Part shown: one piece after another, positions 60,495 to 64,000 of the stretch
How the letters are laid out: every line of letters begins with the position of its first letter
Numbering within the stretch: position 1 is the first letter of the stretch
Program-made: the position numbers and the translations under genes
Assembly (NCBI RefSeq): GCF_964355755.1
Contig: NC_092671.1
Location: 8,370,001-8,434,000, forward strand
Source: Antedon mediterranea
Taxonomy: Eukaryota > Animalia > Echinodermata
DNA: 64,000 nt
Direction of reading: 5' to 3'
The notes under the pieces: generated by a model
Told to the model about the DNA's origin: nothing
What the model saw: only the letters and a program-made list of their open reading frames with translations
Database searches by the model: none

Positions 60495-63400
60495 GTTGTA
60501 ACTACTAATGATAAGAGGAAACGAACGAATGACACTACGACCAACTTCCTATCACTGGATGTCGAAGGTGTCCCCTTAGGTTTTAATGTATTCATGATTT
60601 CAACAATAAAACCTCTAATACCATTGAAATAATTATTTCAAACAACGTTTCTGTATGCGTAGTACAGAAGGTATATTGTCTACTTTTACCAAAAAATGTA
60701 TATGTATGTGTATGTTTAATAATTTACTTGGAAGCTACACTTTTGAAACAGTGGCACACTTCTTGAATGAAGGTGCGTGCAGAGTAAATAAAATAAAAGT
60801 TAAGAAAAAAATGTTACCTGTTTTACTTTATCGTTTTGATTTAGCTTTGTATCTGCGTTAAAATCCAGCCAATTGCAAATTTTTGTATATGTATAAATAT
60901 ATTTTCATTTAAAAATAGAACAATGGAAAACATTATCTTCTTCAAAGTCGAGCAAACCAATTAGCAGGTCCAAACCGAAGTAAAATCTCATTTCATCCGA
61001 CCTATATCTTTTTCAGTCGTGTTGATGGATGTAACCGGTAAAGCCAAACTTCTTTTTTATCCTTTGGCACATACCATAGTTTTTATAATCAAGCGGGAGT
61101 TAAGTTCACTTAACACCTAAGCTATTGCACTTTTACTGTCCAGGATCAATGAAGCTATAGCCATATACCTTACAGAAAGGGTATTGAGCTTTTGCATAGA
61201 TCACGGTCAAAGAATGTTTCACGCGAGGGAGATTAGCATACGTGATGTTACCACCCATTAAGTAGCTAAATCTAAACTTCTAAAGTTTCCACTTCATTTA
61301 TTTAAATAATTAACATAGAGATACATTTAAAACCTTTTTAAAAATCTTTTTAATCTTTTTATCTTTTAAATTTGTATATTTATGTACCGATCCCTTATAC
61401 TCATTTTGAGTCTTAAGATACTTTTTATAAGCTTTACAAATGTTCTTGGTGCAATATTTTTTATATTTCGATGTTTTTTAAGGGGAAACTGACTTTTTGA
61501 GTTATAGTAATTGTTTTGCTGTGGTTTCCCCTGACCATTGTGCTCTGTTTCTGTTGTGTCTGTGTTTTGGTCGAATAAATAAATGAAATGAAAACACTTA
61601 GAATTGTTATTATGGCTTATTGGTACGTTAGAATAGTCCAGATGTACTACAGTATGCCAGCAATGTTCAACCATCAAACAAGATATCATATCACCAAATT
61701 TAATAGGTGTGCTAAACTTACTAAATATACGATAAACACGTTTTTATTATCATATAAATCTATAAATCGTCGTCATGCGGTAACAAATCTCAAACTTTCG
61801 ACCATCTTGTGTCAGTCAGATTGGAGCTTTGAAAATGTTGGCGCCAGGTAAAAATATCCCGACAATTATGACAATATTAAGACATCATTTACCCCTTTAT
61901 CAAATCAAATTTAATGAAAATGTAGACATTAAAGGTAAAGGAGGGTTAATAACACAGTATTGTCTTACCAGTTATACCAATTCAAAGATCACTACACTAT
62001 TTTTTGCTCCAATGGGCTTCAAAATGGAAATTCACAAGTCTAATTGTTTTAACCACTAAACTTTTGATTCTTCGGTTTAAAAAAACGTAGAAAAGTTATT
62101 TGTTTAAGTCATCCTTTGCCCAAGTGAAGGGACACAAAGTTGACACGCGCATAAAAACTGTATCATTATTATCAGCGTTTGAATGCGCGCGTATACAACG
62201 TGTTTTCGGCGTTCGCGTACAACAGTCGTTATAATCATATCAACGTCTAAATTTGAGCGTACGTTGTATGTCTTTACATATCTTCTGAAGATATCAGAAT
62301 GGCCCTGAGCTAATTTTATCATTTCAACACTTCTCTGGATGTACGGCACATTTTCGGAGCACGTGTCCAGCAACTTTAGGTCTAAATTAGAAGTGTGTAC
62401 AGGTAGAAACGTAAACAAGGACTACATACTTTTAAACCAGCGTCATAACAATGTACACATGTAGTATCGATTAGTATTTGTAACATTTAACTCAACATTC
62501 CGTAGGCATATACAAAAAAGCAGGTAGGCCTATTCAACGTGCAAATTCTGCTCCTGTAATATAAAATCAACCATCTAGCAAGATCTATAGTATACTCCAA
62601 AATAAAGAGAAAATTCATATCAAATATATCAAAGCATATCAAATATATATCTTTATACAGTAAAGGCGGGTTAGAATTAATTTCTTTGCCTTTTATCTTT
62701 TTACAATGTCAGTGTTATACATTGTAAAACATTCTATTAAAGTAATATATGCTTTCTTGACAAGGTGTTTAGACGAAACGAATCTAAATAGTGCGACGTA
62801 TGTCATAATTGACTCACAGTAAATCATGTATAAACGCAAGAGAATAATGTTAATTTAGTTTACGGTACGCTAGTGTAAAGAAGGAACTATATATAATAAA
62901 CTAAGGTTAAATCATTGGTTAGACCTATTCGCCACAGTGGGGCCATGCTTGTTAAAACGCTCGTGGGATGAACTATCGACGATTTTATCTTTCCGAAACC
63001 ATGATTCACGTGTCTATCCCTTTTGTTACATGAATTACTCCCCGTACGCTTGGTCAAAGGTCGAGTTAAATTTATGCGGTTACAGAGCTAAGAAGAACCC
63101 GGGGGGTATTAGCAGATATTCGTAATGTTGTCCCACGGGGAATATTAAGCATACATCACTACAACATCTTTTAATGCTACAGGCAACGTACGTCAGTATA
63201 CATTCAACCGTTATTTAAGTGTGCAAAGTAAATTTTTCATGACAGTTTTTGCATTGATATGGTTTAGTATATTAAACATGTTAATGTTTATTTCGCCCAA
63301 TGTTGATTATTATAAAGTAAGCTATAGGCCTAAATGATATAATCTTGCACGGGGTGTAGTGTACAATTATATTTATAGACAGCTAACAGTAGCTTTAATT

Positions 63401-64000
63401 AAAACGTTTGGTGTTATCACGTAACATAACTTTCAGCCAATCAGAACGTCTTCTTTACTTTACTCATTTCTGAATACGTGGCCCGTACTAAGAAAAAACC
63501 ACGTAAGATTTCCAGCAACCAAAATGCGTATTGTGGGCCTAGCTGGCGAATTGTAAGTCTCAATAAAATAGTATCGTTCAGCTTCACATCAATTAATGTA
63601 TAGCTTGTATATATTATGCACTGATTAACCTATAACTTGGAGTAAATTACGTCAGGGTGGGACATTAAAGTCCCACGTCACATTGAGCGCTGTAACGAGG
63701 TTTTATCAATCACCATTTTCAGACATGATTTATTATATCCATTGTTAATTAACAATCTTATCACACAACAATGATGTGATTTTGTGTATTATTAATAAAG
63801 ATATTATGTATTTTGTTCACTTAAGATTGTCCCAGCGGTCAAGCCATATGCTAAGATTTTAATGTGACCATGTAAACACTATGTCACCATCTGGCGTCAT
63901 CGCGTAGGGCTAATGATTAAAAACAAAGAAATTTGATATTGTATAAAAAAGATGCATTTAAAAATTCATTATTAGTACTTGGTTTGCTTTTTATAATGTT

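Noticed and set aside
60900-63125. Possible minus-strand gene (ORFs 61366-61689 and 62104-62418)
   Set aside because: Could not build an in-phase exon chain or recognise any domain; may be decayed sequence.

Overview
AT-rich, intron-rich animal genomic DNA. It is probably a marine invertebrate, possibly an echinoderm, which I infer from the gene content and the abundant TAGGCCTA motif. Five spliced genes were reconstructed by hand with in-phase splice junctions: (1) PPIP5K/Vip1 inositol-pyrophosphate kinase/phosphatase (+, 20 coding exons, 12083-30878); (2) a C10orf88/PAAT-like gene (-, 32884-36260); (3) an unusual secreted mosaic protein with a signal peptide, eight antistasin-like Cys modules with poly-Pro linkers, (GPPRDD)n, a 22-triplet collagen segment, TIL/TILa and an EEGSG tail (-, 37006-43365); (4) a RERG/RASL11-like small GTPase (-, 48005-53746); (5) an intron-containing phosphonoacetaldehyde hydrolase (phosphonatase, phnX) with an N-terminal transit-peptide-like extension (+, 54964-57823). 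Introns and intergenic DNA carry MULE-type MITEs, Helitron/DINE-1-like elements, tRNA-derived SINEs, minisatellites and two Penelope-type repeats with minimal hammerhead ribozyme cores. Highlights are an RTE-like LINE whose ~240-bp flanking direct repeat duplicates a whole antistasin exon, tiny CANRG hairpins with 7-8-bp TSDs resembling P-element excision footprints, and candidate 15-nt and 6-nt microexons in PPIP5K. No database searches were possible; family calls rest on recalled motifs.
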